Below are positions 1-13,205 of a stretch of DNA of 64,000 bases, one piece after another (within the stretch, counting starts at the first letter, position 1; the number at the start of each line of letters is the position of its first letter). The position numbers and the translations under genes are program-made. Below the pieces are notes generated by a model. The model saw only the letters and a program-made list of their open reading frames with translations. It was not told where the DNA came from and did no database searches. The DNA comes from Selaginella moellendorffii (lineage: Eukaryota; Plantae; Lycopodiophyta): the NCBI RefSeq assembly GCF_000143415.4, contig NW_003314278.1:900682-964681 (forward strand), in the 5' to 3' direction.

Positions 1-1728
1 AGACTTAGCTATCTCATGCGAACATGTCACCAACTCCAAAGCATTAATCAATGGAGTATCACTATTGTCTGTCCCGACAATCTCTTTTATAATGCCACCA
101 ACTTCGATACACAGAACATTACGCTCCCAATCGATCCCTGGATTTCTATCATAAAACCATTCCTTCCAAGGAATAACGTCTATGCGACCAAGATCCATAA
201 CCTGGAACGAAGGATGGTCGAGAATCCCCTGAACCGTCAAAGGAACACTCAGAGCCCATTCACCGTAAACACAAGTGCTATGTCCATCTGCCAGAACCAC
301 CTCGTAGATTACTAAACTCTTTTCCATAGGCAAATCAAGTTTCTTCACCACCTTGGAGCTCAAAAAGTTGTGTGTAGCACCTGGATCGAAAAGAATACTA
401 ACAGCATGTCCTTGAATGTCCCCCTTGGCCTTCACATGTTGATTGCGCATAGAACCATTAATCTCTACAGAGTTGATACAAACTCGAGACTTAGATTCTT
501 GAACTTTTGCCACAGGGTGTGGAAGAACCACCACAACAGATGCCTGAGCTGTATCCACAATGGATTCCACCACATTCACCTTAGCATTCTTTGATCCCTT
601 CACAAGAGGACAATCCTTGCCATGATGTCCAACCTTGTGACAATGAAAACAATTGCCTTCCATCTTGTCCTTCTCTCGTTGGTCTAACTGATGTCTTTTT
701 GCCTCATTGCCATCTCCACTCTTCGAGCTACGACGAAACAACGGCTGTTTCTTCCCTGAAGATGAAGTATTGGTGGGTTGGTCATCACGTTGACCACCCC
801 AAAGACCATCCTTTTGACCAGCATTGACCAAGTTAACCAATAGTTTGGGCAAAATGATTTGAGCCTTAGTGATAGCATCAGTCAATGTTGCTGGAAAATC
901 CTTCTTGACCTTCTACTGCACATCCACCAAGCTCAATCCTTTGATGAAACATTGCACCTTTAGCAGCTCATTATAGGTGCCTGTGAGATCACAAGGCAAA
1001 GATCACAGAACTTGCGGGCATACGCATCCAAAGACAAAGTCCCTTGCCAGATCTCTAACAACTGATTCACAAGATCAACCTCTTCAAACTTCTTGACAAA
1101 CGAAGCGCGGAAAACCTTTGTCAAATCAGTCCAAGAAGTCGGCTTCGGATTAGCTTTAATGTAGTTCTTCCACCACGAAGAAGCATGGCCCGTAAGCTTC
1201 GTCACAAAGAACTCTATCTTCACCTTATCCTCACAAGGATTGTGAGACCAACAACTTTCCCACAATTCCAACCAAGATTCAACCTCTTGACTATCATAAA
1301 CATTCGGTGATGATTTCCATTCCATGATACCATAATCCTTGGCATGCTTGACATACCAATGGTAATCACAGACATGAGATTGATTCAGCCCTTGAGGGTC
1401 CATGCGAAGCAAGAAATCCTTAATGAGATTGACAGAATCCTTAACCTCCTTTATGTCACTCTAAACCACAGAAATCTAGCGTCCTTGCTGCACAACAATA
1501 TCATCAAGAGTTTCTTCCACATCGTCATGGCTATCATCACTAACGCCATACTCCTCATCAAGATCAATCTCTTGCTCACCCGCCATCCCCAAAAGAATGT
1601 GCTACTCCAATACCAATAAAACAAACAAGAGAACGAACCCTAGGCCAACCTCCCAACCCTTAAGGCATTACAGCCTTAAATCCCACAGGCCATAGAATAT
1701 TCTTGGAATATTTCTATGGTTCGTGTCA
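1..1728 (-). mobile_element. Ty3/gypsy LTR retrotransposon, 5' part (eroded short LTR, degenerate PBS, disrupted gag-protease); continues off the window start
   Basis: Gag ORF 960-1412 (KLTGHASSWW). CCHC knuckle CFHCHKVGHHGKDC at ~610-655. Protease motif ILFDPGATHNF at ~365-405. Degenerate PBS (tggtattggag on -) at ~1605-1615. LTR ~1617-1728 ends TGTCA and matches the LTR at 61961-62096. It is inserted into the LTR of the next element. Confidence 0.9.
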
Positions 1729-1988
1729 CATGGTGTGGAGCTTGGGATTAGACCCGAGCCAAATGTAGAACAAGGACAGACATGCAAGCAAGAGCTAGAC
1801 TATGCCTCAAGTTGGTCAACCATATCCAACCTACCCATATACATTTGGAACCCCCCCCCCCCCCTTGAGGAACACATGCTTTGGGCTTTCACCCTAAGCC
1901 TCCCTTAGTATCAGGAGTTAGTCTTTGGGACAAGCTCGAAACTTACTAAATATAGAACGGCACTAGATTGCTCATTTGGACATGGGAC

Positions 1989-3264
1989 AATGCAACATAT
2001 AGGTACATTTCTCCACATCCCCTTAGGGGGTAATACAAAATTTGAGAGCGCACTCTCAGGGTACCTAGCGAAACTAGCGAAACCATGAGCACGAACACCC
2101 GGTGCTGCTCTTAGGTCATCTGCCTCCCAGGTGCCTCCACCACGAAACTTGAGGCCACCTGCTCCACTCCACGAGCATGAATGCCTGGCACTGCTCTTGG
2201 GCCGTTCGCCTCCTATACACTCTGCGTAACTTGAAGCCACCTACTACGCTCCATGCCCTACAAGACTTGTCTGGAGCACTCCACTACCAACATGCTTCTG
2301 GGCCCAAAACAGTGTCCAGTCGCGACACAGCTCCAACTTGTAGCTCCAAGCGAGGTGTGAACATCCTCCAGCTCAAGGCTGGAGTGTGCTACCTTGCCTC
2401 CCATACGAGACAAGTGCGCTAGCTCATCTTCAACTGAGTCCTAGCCCTGCAGTAGGGACTGAGGAAAGGGTGCGAACCTCCTCCAAAGGGAGCGAACTCC
2501 AAAGCAGGCGTTGGAGAACAAATATATGGATCCCCTACGCGTATCACACCGCATCAGCCCCATTAGCTGCTGGCCCAACTCGTGGCAGCAATCCCTGCCA
2601 CTGGTTCCAAAAATCCTCCCTTCCTGATCACCTTGAAGCAAGACACCATGCATGGTTGTCCACAAAGAATCCAGAAAGCTGGGAACTTTTTCAAGTCCTA
2701 GCTGCTCAAAGTCACCCCTAAAGTGACTTCCAGCTCCCTTAATCCTTGACCACTCGTCTTCATCATGCATCAAGGCAAGCAAGATCACATAGATCTTGGC
2801 AAAAAACTCCATTTCTGGAACTTTTGCAACTGTCCATCCACCGTCGAGATGCCTTAAGAGCCTCCTAGGATGGCAGTAACTCACCACCGCCACCCCTAGA
2901 AGTCCTAGCCACCAAGGAACCCTAGCCCTAGAACAGGGTGAACCCTAACCCTAGCTGCCAGGAACCCTAACCCTAGCAGCTGCCCAAGAACCCTAATTCC
3001 AGAGCATGAGCTAGGGTCATCCAGATTTCCCAGATCCTAGATCTGAATGAATCGCCACTCCCTAGATGCCAACTGTGAAGTCGAATCAAGAAGAAGAACG
3101 AAAACCAAGTTGTGAGAGCGAAAAAAGAAAAAATGAGCTCGTCCTTTGCCATGGCCACTCCGGCAAAGCTACTGGAACGCTGTTGTTGCTGGCGATGTCC
3201 CTCTTCCTTGTCTTGATCACTCCCACAGCCTGATTTCCCCCTAGAACCAAAAGCCCCAAATTTT
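1989..3264. other. 1.28-kb GC-rich insertion in the 3' LTR, flanked by a 17-bp direct repeat
   Basis: tcatttggacatgggac occurs at 1972-1988 and 3265-3281. The sister LTR has a single copy (~8737-8752) and no insert. aaccctag/aaccctaa motifs cluster at ~2918-2996. Confidence 0.7.
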
Positions 3265-6200
3265 TCATTTGGACATGGGACGAACACCATTGTGTTCAGG
3301 CCAATCTCTACATTTCGTAGATGTGCCAAATGCTCATCTGGTCAAGTGCACACGTGAAGACCAGTTTCTCAACTAGCTTAGGAGGAGAATGATAACTAGC
3401 CCAGCAATACCAACCTACCATCATGGCAGTAAGGAAAGACTGTCCGTAAGGATTGGCCGACAGGTAACTTTCGATACCTGAAGTCACATTCGCAACACTC
3501 TCCCCCCTAAGGAAGATCAACGTCCTCGTTGATGCATACTCGAGTCTAGAATACCGCTAAGGAAACAACTCCAGAAAAAGTTCACGGTACTCACACTATG
3601 TGAGAAATGCACCAACTTAAATGAGTTAGGAGGCAACCTCTTTGTCTAACGTGGATGCGCTACCAGCTCAGACACCTTCCGGCCATCGCTGACAAGGAAA
3701 TGACCAACAGAGTTAGCCACTCTTGCTACTCTAGGAGTCACCCAGCTTACAAAAGTGTGACATGCCCCTGCCTGTAGGAATATAGAGAGAGAAGTGAAAG
3801 GCCTCAACCCTCTTGAGCAAAGAAACCAAACCCGTCGTTAAGGTTTAAATAGACTACTGTAAACAGGCAATTAAAGTTGTTTACACGGTCACGCCCTTTT
3901 AACAGAATAAAGAACATCGACAGAGAGGCAGGTTATGTGACCAGTCAACAGTAGCTACCCTATGACTAAAGATTTCACCATGCACATGAAGTGCCAAAGT
4001 CAGTCTGCCCATTACTGGCCCAAACTCAAAGATTAATAGATGGACAATATCAAAGTCATAAACAATGATATTTTAGAGACTTAATTATCAGTGAATAAAT
4101 CTTAGATTAGAACACAAAAGTATTCCAAGTAAGTTATCATCCGATAAACTAGTATTATAGTATAAGAACCACCAAGATCACAATAGTTGGAAACATAGGA
4201 GTTACCAACCAACAAAATTCAATAGCCAGTGTATCACCAAGAAAACTCAATGATAAAACTTAACTACTGAAGATTGCAAACAGTATACCAAACAACTTAC
4301 CAAAGACAACCTAAAGAACACATAGTATCATTGACTGACAAGCACAATGCTCGCGAATATATCACCCATAGGAAATAACATCCAAATCTATCAAAACTAA
4401 CTCGAGCAACAATCAACAGAATAGAATGAATGCGGTAAGACCAACAAACACTCATTCATGCCAACTATCATACCAGCTAATCTGAATAGATTCCGGTTAA
4501 CAATACCAAGAAACCAGAGTTGCTTAAGCAAGCGTTAGCAACATCCTACTAATGTCTCAAACCCAAGAGACCAATCCGGAGCAAACCATAAAGAACATGT
4601 GGTATTGCGAAAAGCCAAAAGCCATCAAAGAGAACAATTAACTATCATGAAAGATCATCAATCATCCTATCAATGAAGAAATGTATAATCATTGTCAAAG
4701 AAGAAATCCACCATCCCAAAGAATAGCGAATCATTCGATATCAACAACAATTAAGCAACCTTTTGATAAGGATAATCAACTTTCCTAGATGATAGTCAAT
4801 CATGACCAATGATTGCTAGATGCAAAAGTCAACTTCAGCATCGAAGCTAATGAGCCAAAAATGCCTTCCCCAACAACTTCTAATAAATGGAACAATTAGC
4901 ATAAAAACTCAAAGAACCAAAAGCTTGAAGAAGCATATAGCCAAGTCTTGCCTAACAATGAACATAAATCCATCTATAGCAAGATGTAACTCACGTCATA
5001 ACAAACACAAAAAAGAATCATCAACGATCGATATATCCAAATTCAAATCCAATAAGAACTCAAACATTCCAATATCGATCACTAACTCTTCCCCTTGTAG
5101 AGCTAGCATAGTCCATGACTAAATCACTTTTCAAGGAAAAACTCAAAGTTCAACCCCTATTAAACAATCTCGTCCAAAACACAACTAACTCAACTTGCCA
5201 CTTAATTCATTTGAACGTCAACATAATTGCTAACTAGCAAATGCACAAATGCCAATAACACAAAGCCATAGCCAAATCATCAACACTATGTTTATTGAGA
5301 CTAATAAAACTCAATATCAATCCCACAAAGCCACATCTCATCTCACTTAAATCTCAACAACAACAATGTCAATAACAAGGCATCACTTCAATGCCATCAA
5401 CACCATAACAAAACTAGAAGAAAGCAAGAGTGAATCACCACTCAAGGCTCTCTAACAACCAAGCCAAACAAAGTCAAAGATACCTTAGTTAGTATCTGAG
5501 ACTAGTTCTTCAACAATACTCAATTTTAGATAACATATCATCAAGGAGTGAATTATCACACCCAAAACTCAATGAAATCCAACACTACGAATTAAATACA
5601 ACCAAATGATATCAACAAAGGTAGAGTCGACATGCTAACATGGAAAACTCATGTAAGACTAACAACACGATCCTCTGCAACACCATCCGGTGAAACAAAC
5701 CCATCACTGATAAATCTTCATCGAGTGAAGCAAGTGTTAACAGTTCTCAACTAAGTTTACAAGTAATCATTAGTTGGCAACTAACAATCACTCTTCAACT
5801 TGCCTTCACAAGACCCAACACTAAACTCACGTCATCAAGTCATATACCTGTCCAACATAAACGTAATACCTCAGATACGAAATAAAGATTCATGGACAAG
5901 CATGAACTAAATGACCACTCGATTCCAACTTAACTACGATAAACTCACCGACACGTTTAGCCAATAGCTCTGAGCATGCTTTGAAGAGGCTAACTATGCA
6001 TGATCAACACTCAGCCGAAACTAAAGTGAAGACTATGAGATGAACTCATGTTGGTACACAACCTCCTCATAAACAAAGCCACAGTATGGGTACTAACACC
6101 TCAACCTTAAACAACTAAGTTGGACATCTCCATCCTCAGCCAAGGCGCAGGGCTGCCAAGACAAAGTCAAGATCAGTGAGAGCTCACTACTCTCATAGAG

Positions 6201-7295
6201 TCTATCAAAATGCAAGGTGCAACCTACCACCAAGTATAATGCTGTAAAAGAAAAGCACAAGGGTCACCTTTCTTAGAAACGCACAATAGCCACTTTTCTA
6301 CACCAACTTCAGACTCTATCCAACCCAATTGCCTTAGCCCCAAAAGTCAGCATCCCTTTCGGGTTGCATCATACAAACTACTTACTAAGATCTAAGCCAA
6401 CCGAAGTCAATTCCAACTCTTTCACTAATTTGTATTGGCTTACGAAAACAGAATGATTTCTAGCAAAGTGATCAACAGATCAGCCATTGGAAAAATCTAA
6501 GAAAATTTGTGAAAAATTTCCATCCTAGAGAAAGAATGGCTCTCAGTCTAGGAGTACAAATTTTCAAGACTCAACCAACTTCCTCCTACTAACAACTTCA
6601 CATATGTTCACTTCAACACAAATTCTCATGACCCATAGTATGCTTAAACTTTGAACATTTTTTTGCCCATACTTCCAACATCCAACACTGACATCTGCCA
6701 AAATGCAAAGTGATCATCCAAAGCTTGATCACGAAGACCATATCTTTGGATATCCACATTGCACTAACACTCTTTTTCAACAAACTTCAAGATCCAATGT
6801 GAAGCCCAAACACTAACAAGAAAAATGACATGAAAAATCAAGGTTTAAGGAAAGTTCCTCATCACTTGAAAAACAATGTCACTTCCACTAACACAAGTGC
6901 TAGTGATGTCAATGCCTCAACTACACCCTTTTTCCATTCAATAATCTACTCCAAGTGTTAACGGAACAATTAACAATTTATAGCAAATGAATGTTACAAC
7001 CCTTTTCCAACACTTTAATGGGCAAACTCAAGGAAACAAGGTGCCAACTTAAGCTTAGCATAATAGACCACAATCAAGAATCCAGTCAAAGCTACTACAA
7101 TGCTACTTCGTACAAGTAAACTAGCCTCACCATCAACCACTTTGGGGTTGATCATCATTTACCCAAGCAACTTCGTAAACACATTACTCATTATCACATA
7201 GATATGATATAAGTATTACAATGACTTGATCATCAATTGAGCAACACCACGAGCAACACCCATGTCATTACTTCAAAGGTTTATGTGAGCATCAA

Positions 7296-7395
7296 NNNNN
7301 NNNNNNNNNNNNNNNNNNNNNNNNNNNNNNNNNNNNNNNNNNNNNNNNNNNNNNNNNNNNNNNNNNNNNNNNNNNNNNNNNNNNNNNNNNNNNNN
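7296..7395. other. Assembly gap (100 N)
   Basis: Run of N. Confidence 1.
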
Positions 7396-8060
7396 CATGA
7401 GCAATGAGTCACACCTCATTGCAAATCATTTCTGCAAGAGAGAAGATGATTTACATGCTTGATCCTTCGTCCTCAATGACTCTCTTATCGGTCTCATTTT
7501 TGACTAAACCTCAAGCTTGCATTCGCACTGCCTTCAGTCCAACCCAAGAAAAAGTTTATGAGAGAGCATGGCAATGACTACCTGAACCAATAGACATTTC
7601 CCTATAGTCTTAATTAATCCACTTATAATCATGCCTAAGAAGGATCCACTAGTGCCATGTTAAACAGCTACGGACCAGCTTATTTGCCACTCATAGCAAA
7701 CTCATGGAAGGTTTACTTTCACCTATGGTACATGGAACAACTCATGGAACCACCGATAGGCTATCATTAATCTTGCCAACTCAAGGTATAACCTTGAGCT
7801 GCTAATATGCTTCACTCACAACCCCAAGCATAAACTCGTGTAAAATGGTACACCTCAAATCCATCCTATGAGCCCAAGAGCAAGCTCACATCATAAGGTA
7901 CAAAAGGGTAACCAAATCTATACCCAAGGAACAATTGCGAAGCCTTTGCACCCAAACGTGTACCCACTCAGATCACCATTTTCATCTCTGTGTATGCAAC
8001 GAGACTAGTTGCCCAATCTCATTGGATAATACTCGCCGAGACTTATCCTCTGATACCAAA

Positions 8061-9207
8061 TGTAGCACATATGGTTTTGACCCTTTATCCTATGGTGATT
8101 TACCATAGAATAACACCATGAAGCGGAACCTAAACCCTCTTTATGCCACGTGACATGTGCCATGTGTCATATGCCACATGTCCAAAGGACAATGGTGCGG
8201 AACCTGAGGTTCAGGGCCTTGGGCCACTAAACGAAGGAACAGTGCCAAACTCCCAAACGTGGAGCCAAGGAGCATTAGCACTGGAGCACGAAACAACTCT
8301 CGAGCATATAACCCAAGGAGCGAAGGGACAGGAGCCCGGAGCGACTTGGAACAGTCCTAGAGTAACCAGCATCCCAATGCCAGGACTAGCACGCAAAATG
8401 GAGCCAAACGGAATTTGGCGCTATTTCGGCATACCGGTGGCCTAACGCAAGAACATGGGTACTCCACTAGCTAGCATGGTGTGGAGCTCGGGCTTACACC
8501 TGAGCCGGACGTAGAACAAGGACAGGCATGTAAGCACGAGCTAGACTATGCCTTAAGTTGGTCGGCCATGCCCAACCTACCTACTATCCCTACTATACAT
8601 TTGGAACCCCCCCCCCCCTTGAGGAACACATGCTTTGGGCTTTCACCCCAATTCACCCCAAGCCTCCTTTAGTATCAGGAGTTAGTATCTGGGACAAGTT
8701 CGAAACTTACTAAATATGGAATGGCGCTAAATTGCTTATTTGGACACGGGACATACACCATTGTGTTCAAGCTAATCTCTACATTCCGTAAATGTGCCAA
8801 ATGAGCAAATCTGGATACTTTCCATAAATAGCATTTGGGACCAAAGTGAGACTAACACAAAAGGCATGATAGCGAGGGCGTTTGGCAAACACGGTAAGCT
8901 ATCATCTAGTGAATATTGAGGGACCAATCTCAATATTGTGGGGGTTCCCAACACTAGCAAGTGCAAGTTAACAAATAAGTTTCTCTAACCAAGTCAAGTA
9001 TGCTTGACTAAATAGACACTTAAGAATTCCTTCCTTATGCTCATCTGGTCAAGTGCACACATGAAAACCAGTTTCTCAACTAGCTTAGGCGGAGATTGAT
9101 AACGGGTCCAGCAATACTAACCTCCTGCCATCGTGGCAGTAAGGAAAGAGTGTCCGTAAGGACTGGCCGACAAATAACTTTCGATACCCGAAGTCACATT
9201 TGTAACA
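8061..9207 (-). repeat. 5' LTR of the family B element (~1.15 kb)
   Basis: TGTAG...TAACA termini and adjacent PBS. Homologous segments at 1729-3497, 11625-12161 and ~21650-21883. Confidence 0.85.
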
Positions 9208-10440
9208 ATAGTGCTGTGAAATGTGTTGTTATAACAGATTTCTGCTGTATCCAAATGCTCAACCCAGTCATGTTGGTCCGCCACAACATAGTACCGTAGA
9301 TAATCCTCAACTTGAGCATTCACGCGTTCGGTCTGCCCATCAGTCTCAGGATGATAAGCCGTACTAAACTTCAACTTGGTACCAAATAGCTGGAACAATG
9401 TGCCCCAAAACTTCCCTGTAAATCTCGAATCTCTATCCAAGATCATCCAAGACCACGAACCCGAACTACTTCATTAAAAAAGAGCTTTGCTGCCTTTTTC
9501 GCATTCACTGTTCCCATAGTTGGAATGAAGTGTGCAATCTTCGACAACCGATCCACAACCACCATCAAAGTATCATAACCCTTAGACTTCAGCAAGCAAA
9601 TGACGAAATTAAGTGTCACACTCTGAAATGGCCATGCTAGTGCTGGAATGCACTACAACTTTCCAGCCTGCTTCTCGGTTCTACACTTACATTGCTGGCA
9701 TATAAAACCAGAAAAATCCCTTTTTCAATGAAGCTAGAGTCTTTCGCTTTCCACCATGTCCCGCTGCCAGAACATCATGATATTCCCGTAGAAACAACTG
9801 TTGCAGATCCTTAGAGGGGAGATAAAATCTTTCTTGCTTAAAGAATATAAGCCCATCTCGAACTGAGAAATGAACCTTGTATTGGTGCGGCTAGCAACTT
9901 TTGCTACTTCACTACCAGGGTCCTGCTTCGACAACTCTGCGCGGCATAAGATTGTCTTTACCAATAGATCACTTCCATATGAAGCCCGAACGTCCTCCAA
10001 CCAGTCCCAATTGATTGCTGATATTGCCCGAAATTGAGCCTGATGACTCAATGCATCTAGAACAATATTGTCTTTACCAGATTTATATATGATTTCAATA
10101 TCATATCTAGCAAGCTTCTTTTGCCAACGAGCCTGCTTTGGAGTAAGTTTAGGCTGTGTAGCAAAGTAGCTTAGTGTGTTACTATCTATATAAACCTTTG
10201 TATATCCATCCAAGTAGTGTCTCTAGTGTTCCAGGGCCAACACTATAGCAAACATCTCTTTCTCATGTGTTGGCCATCTTCGTTGAGTTTCATCCAATTT
10301 CTTGGAATAGAAAGCAATGGGACAACCATGTCACCTTAGCATAACACCAATTGCTTTGTCACAATCTTGCTGCAACATGGCACCAATAGCATAGCCAGAT
10401 GCATCACAATGCACTTCAAAGGGTTTATCAAGATCCAGGA
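9208..10440 (-). pseudogene. Ty3/gypsy pol fragment (RNase H and integrase), disrupted
   Basis: Integrase core DRDSRFTGKFW...STAYHPETDGQTERVN. RNase H CDASGYAIGAML and KQARW motifs. Stops and frameshifts are present. The integrase is cut by the family B LTR at 9207. Confidence 0.9.
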
Positions 10441-10795
10441 TCCTTTCGTATGATCATCTATGTCTGCCACTATGAAATAGTTTTCCATATTGTAGACCCA
10501 ATCTTCCAAAACCTGATAGTCCCACATGCCCCTAAAATTGGGTGATTTTGGAGGCTTGAACTTTGAAACTTGTGCAACCGGGGGGCGATTGCAGAACTTC
10601 AACATCCTCAGAACTTGAAGAGGAGTCTAGTTGCTTAGGTTTAGCTGATTTAGCTGCCTCAACTTCTTTTTTCCTTTTCTTGTTCTCCTTCTTCAATTTG
10701 TGAACTTCCCTTCGCAAATTCTCGATCTCGACTTCCTGAGCCATACACTACAGTGTCGTAGCATCTGGCTCTTCCTCTTCTAACTCAACCTCAGC

Positions 10796-11382
10796 TGTAA
10801 GCTCCTGAATTTGGACTTCTCGGGAGGTCACCCAGCCCAAGTACTATTCAAACCCAAGGACGCTTAACCCCAAGTATCCTAAGACCCTAACTGATTGGAA
10901 AAGAGGGTGCACTTTTGTTCATGGGCCCTTTCCCTCTATATTTGAACCCCATAAATCGTCTCTTGAGTCGTTCCCTTTGGTTGCTTACAATCCACCACGC
11001 TTCTTTACAAGTTCATACCTTCGTGAACGGAAGCTGAGAGCCACAACTCTCCTGAGAGCCCCACTCTCTTGACACCCTACCCCTCGGGTCAAGCCCAGCG
11101 GGAGCAAACTAGACCAACCAGATGTCAATAAATATGTGGTGTGATTCCCCTAGCTAACCAATAGAGTCGGACCCAAGACCCCGCTCTGATACCAAATGTA
11201 AACTCCTAAATTTGGACTTTCCGGGAGGTCACTCAGCCTAGTACTATTCAAAACCAAAGATGCTTAACCCCAAGTATCCCAAGACCCTTAACTGATTGGA
11301 AAAGGGGGTGCACTTTTGTTCATGGGCCCTTTCCTTCTATATTTGAACCCCATGGATCATCTATTCCCTTTGGTTGCTTACA
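10796..11382 (-). mobile_element. Complete Cassandra-like TRIM (587 bp) with 5S rRNA-derived LTRs
   Basis: LTRs 10796-10989 and 11197-11382 (TGTAA...TTACA). 5-bp TSD TCAGC at 10791-10795 and 11383-11387. PBS TGGTATCAGAGC at 11183-11194 on -. Purine-rich gaagcgtggtggat precedes the 3' LTR. The 207-bp internal region is non-coding. Confidence 0.92.
10813..10869 (-). promoter_or_regulatory. 5S rRNA-derived Pol III internal control region (A box/IE/C box) in the LTR; second copy at ~11214-11268
   Basis: The - strand reads GGTTAAGCGTCCTTGGGTTTGAATAGTACTTGGGCTGGGTGACCTCCCGAGAAGTCC. By hand alignment this is about 80% identical to the recalled plant 5S 3' half AGTTAAGCGTGCTTGGGCGAGAGTAGTACTAGGATGGGTGACCTCCTGGGAAGTCC. 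Confidence 0.88.
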
Positions 11383-11717
11383 TCAGCCTCTTTTGCAGCA
11401 TCTCTAGCAGGATTTCTTCCTCTTGATTTGCCCGTCTAGAGGTTTCAGCATCATCAGCACGGTTCCTTTTCACCATCCCGCTAGCTGCATGCATGCCTCT
11501 ATCAGTAACTGAACATGCATACAATGTTCTTACCGAATGGTGCAATCCAATTAATCCTACATAGGTCATTTCGAATCTACTAAAAAAGTCTCTGCGTATA
11601 CAACTTGAGTTAGAAGTTGGATTGACTTACTAAATATGGAATGTCTCTAGATTGCAAATTTGGACACAAGACAAACACCATTGTGTTCAAGCCAATCTCT
11701 ACATTCTATAGATATGC

Positions 11718-11817
11718 NNNNNNNNNNNNNNNNNNNNNNNNNNNNNNNNNNNNNNNNNNNNNNNNNNNNNNNNNNNNNNNNNNNNNNNNNNNNNNNNNNN
11801 NNNNNNNNNNNNNNNNN
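11718..11817. other. Assembly gap (100 N)
   Basis: Run of N. Confidence 1.
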
Positions 11818-12162
11818 TGATAGTGAGTGGTGATGGTAGTATATCAGGCCATCCAACATGTAAATGTACAGCGACGGACTAATCTTACTACATGAGGGTA
11901 TCTTGACTCCCAACCCCCGCAAGACAATGACACAAGTTTCTCAAACCAAGCCGAGTATACTTAACAAAAAACATATAGAGTTCCTACATTATGTTTATCC
12001 AATTTAAGTACAAGGTCATTGACCAATTTCTCAACTAGCTCAAGTGGGAATGATAAAAGGAACCAAGTGTACCGATTTTCTGCTATCATGGCAGTAAGGA
12101 AAGAGTGTCCATAAGGATTGGCTGACAAGTATCTTTCAATACCCAAAGTCACATTTGTGATA

Positions 12163-12285
12163 TTAAGTGTCCTTGGGTTTGAATAATAGTGCGCTGGATG
12201 ACCTCCTAGGATGTCCAAATTTAAGAGCTTATAATAGACTATGGGCTCAGTGACCTCCCGGGATGTCCAAATTCAAGAGCTTACA
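12163..12285 (+). repeat. Two tandem partial Cassandra-like LTR ends (5S-like part)
   Basis: ttaagtgtccttgggtttgaataatagt...tgacctcctaggatgtccaaatttaagagcttata is followed by tgacctcccgggatgtccaaattcaagagcttaca. Both match the reverse complement of the 10796 LTR start. Confidence 0.8.
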
Positions 12286-13205
12286 ATACTTTAGTCTAGA
12301 ACACTGTCAAAGAAACAACTTTAGAAAAGTTCATGGTATTCACACTTTGTGAGAAATGCACCAATTTAAATGAGTTAGGGTAATCTCTCTATTTAACACA
12401 AATGCACTACAACTTAGACACCTTTGGGCCACACCAACTTAAATGAGTTAAGGTAACCTTTCCATTTAACACAAATGCACTACAACTCAAACACCTTATA
12501 ACTGTCACTGACACGGAAATGACTATCAAAGTTAGCCATCCTTGCTATTTTGGATGTCACCCAGCTTACAAAAGAGTGATATGCCCCTACTTACATGTGA
12601 TATAGAGAGAGAAGTCAATGACCCCAACACTCATGAGCAAAGAAACCAAACCTGTTGATAAGGTTTAGATAGACTATTATAAATAGATAGTTATACTTAT
12701 TTATATGGTCACACTCTTTTAAGGAAATAAAGAACATCAAGAGAGATGTAGGTGATGTGACCAGTCGACAATAGCTACCCCCATTACTAGAAATTTCACC
12801 ATGCACATAAAGTGTCAAAGCCAATCTACTTATACTAACTTAAACCCAAAGATCAAGAGATGGACAATATCAAAGTCAGACAATGATCTTAGAGACTTAA
12901 TTATCAGTGAATAAATCTTAGACTAGAACATAAAAGTAGTCTAAGGAAGTTATCATCTAATAAACCAGTATTAGAGTACAGGGACCACCAAGATCATAAG
13001 AATAGGAAAACATAGGATTCACTATCTAACAAAATTTAATAGCAAGGGTACTATCAAGAACACTCAATAATAATACTTAACTATCAAAGATTATAGACAG
13101 TATGCCAAACAACTTACAAAAGAAAACTAAAAGAACATAAAATATCATTGACAAATATTACAGGTCACAAATGAGAAACCTTATTCCTTTTAGCTTCTAA
13201 ATTAT

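Larger units (their letters stand above)
1729..9207 (-). mobile_element. Large apparently non-autonomous LTR retroelement (family B, LARD-like)
   Basis: 5' LTR 8061-9207 (TG...CA). Met-i PBS TGGTATCAGAG at 8048-8058 on -. PPT at 3498-3512 abuts the 3' LTR ending at 3497. 1729-1988 and 3265-3497 align to the 5' LTR. The internal 4.5 kb has no recognisable gag/pol ORF. The element spans an N gap. Confidence 0.8.
10441..11600 (-). pseudogene. Retrotransposon gag fragment interrupted by a TRIM
   Basis: PPKSPNFRGMWDYQVLEDWVYNMENYF is gag-like. Coiled-coil N-terminal pieces flank the 10796-11382 insertion. Confidence 0.65.
11625..13152 (-). mobile_element. Second, more decayed copy of the family B element (LTR piece plus adjacent internal region)
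   Basis: 11625-11717 and ~11930-12161 align to LTR 8704-9207. 12286-13152 aligns to 3535-4335 with many transitions. Confidence 0.8.

Noticed and set aside
10813-10869. Genuine 5S rRNA gene
   Set aside because: Only the 3' half is present, embedded in paired LTRs with a TSD.
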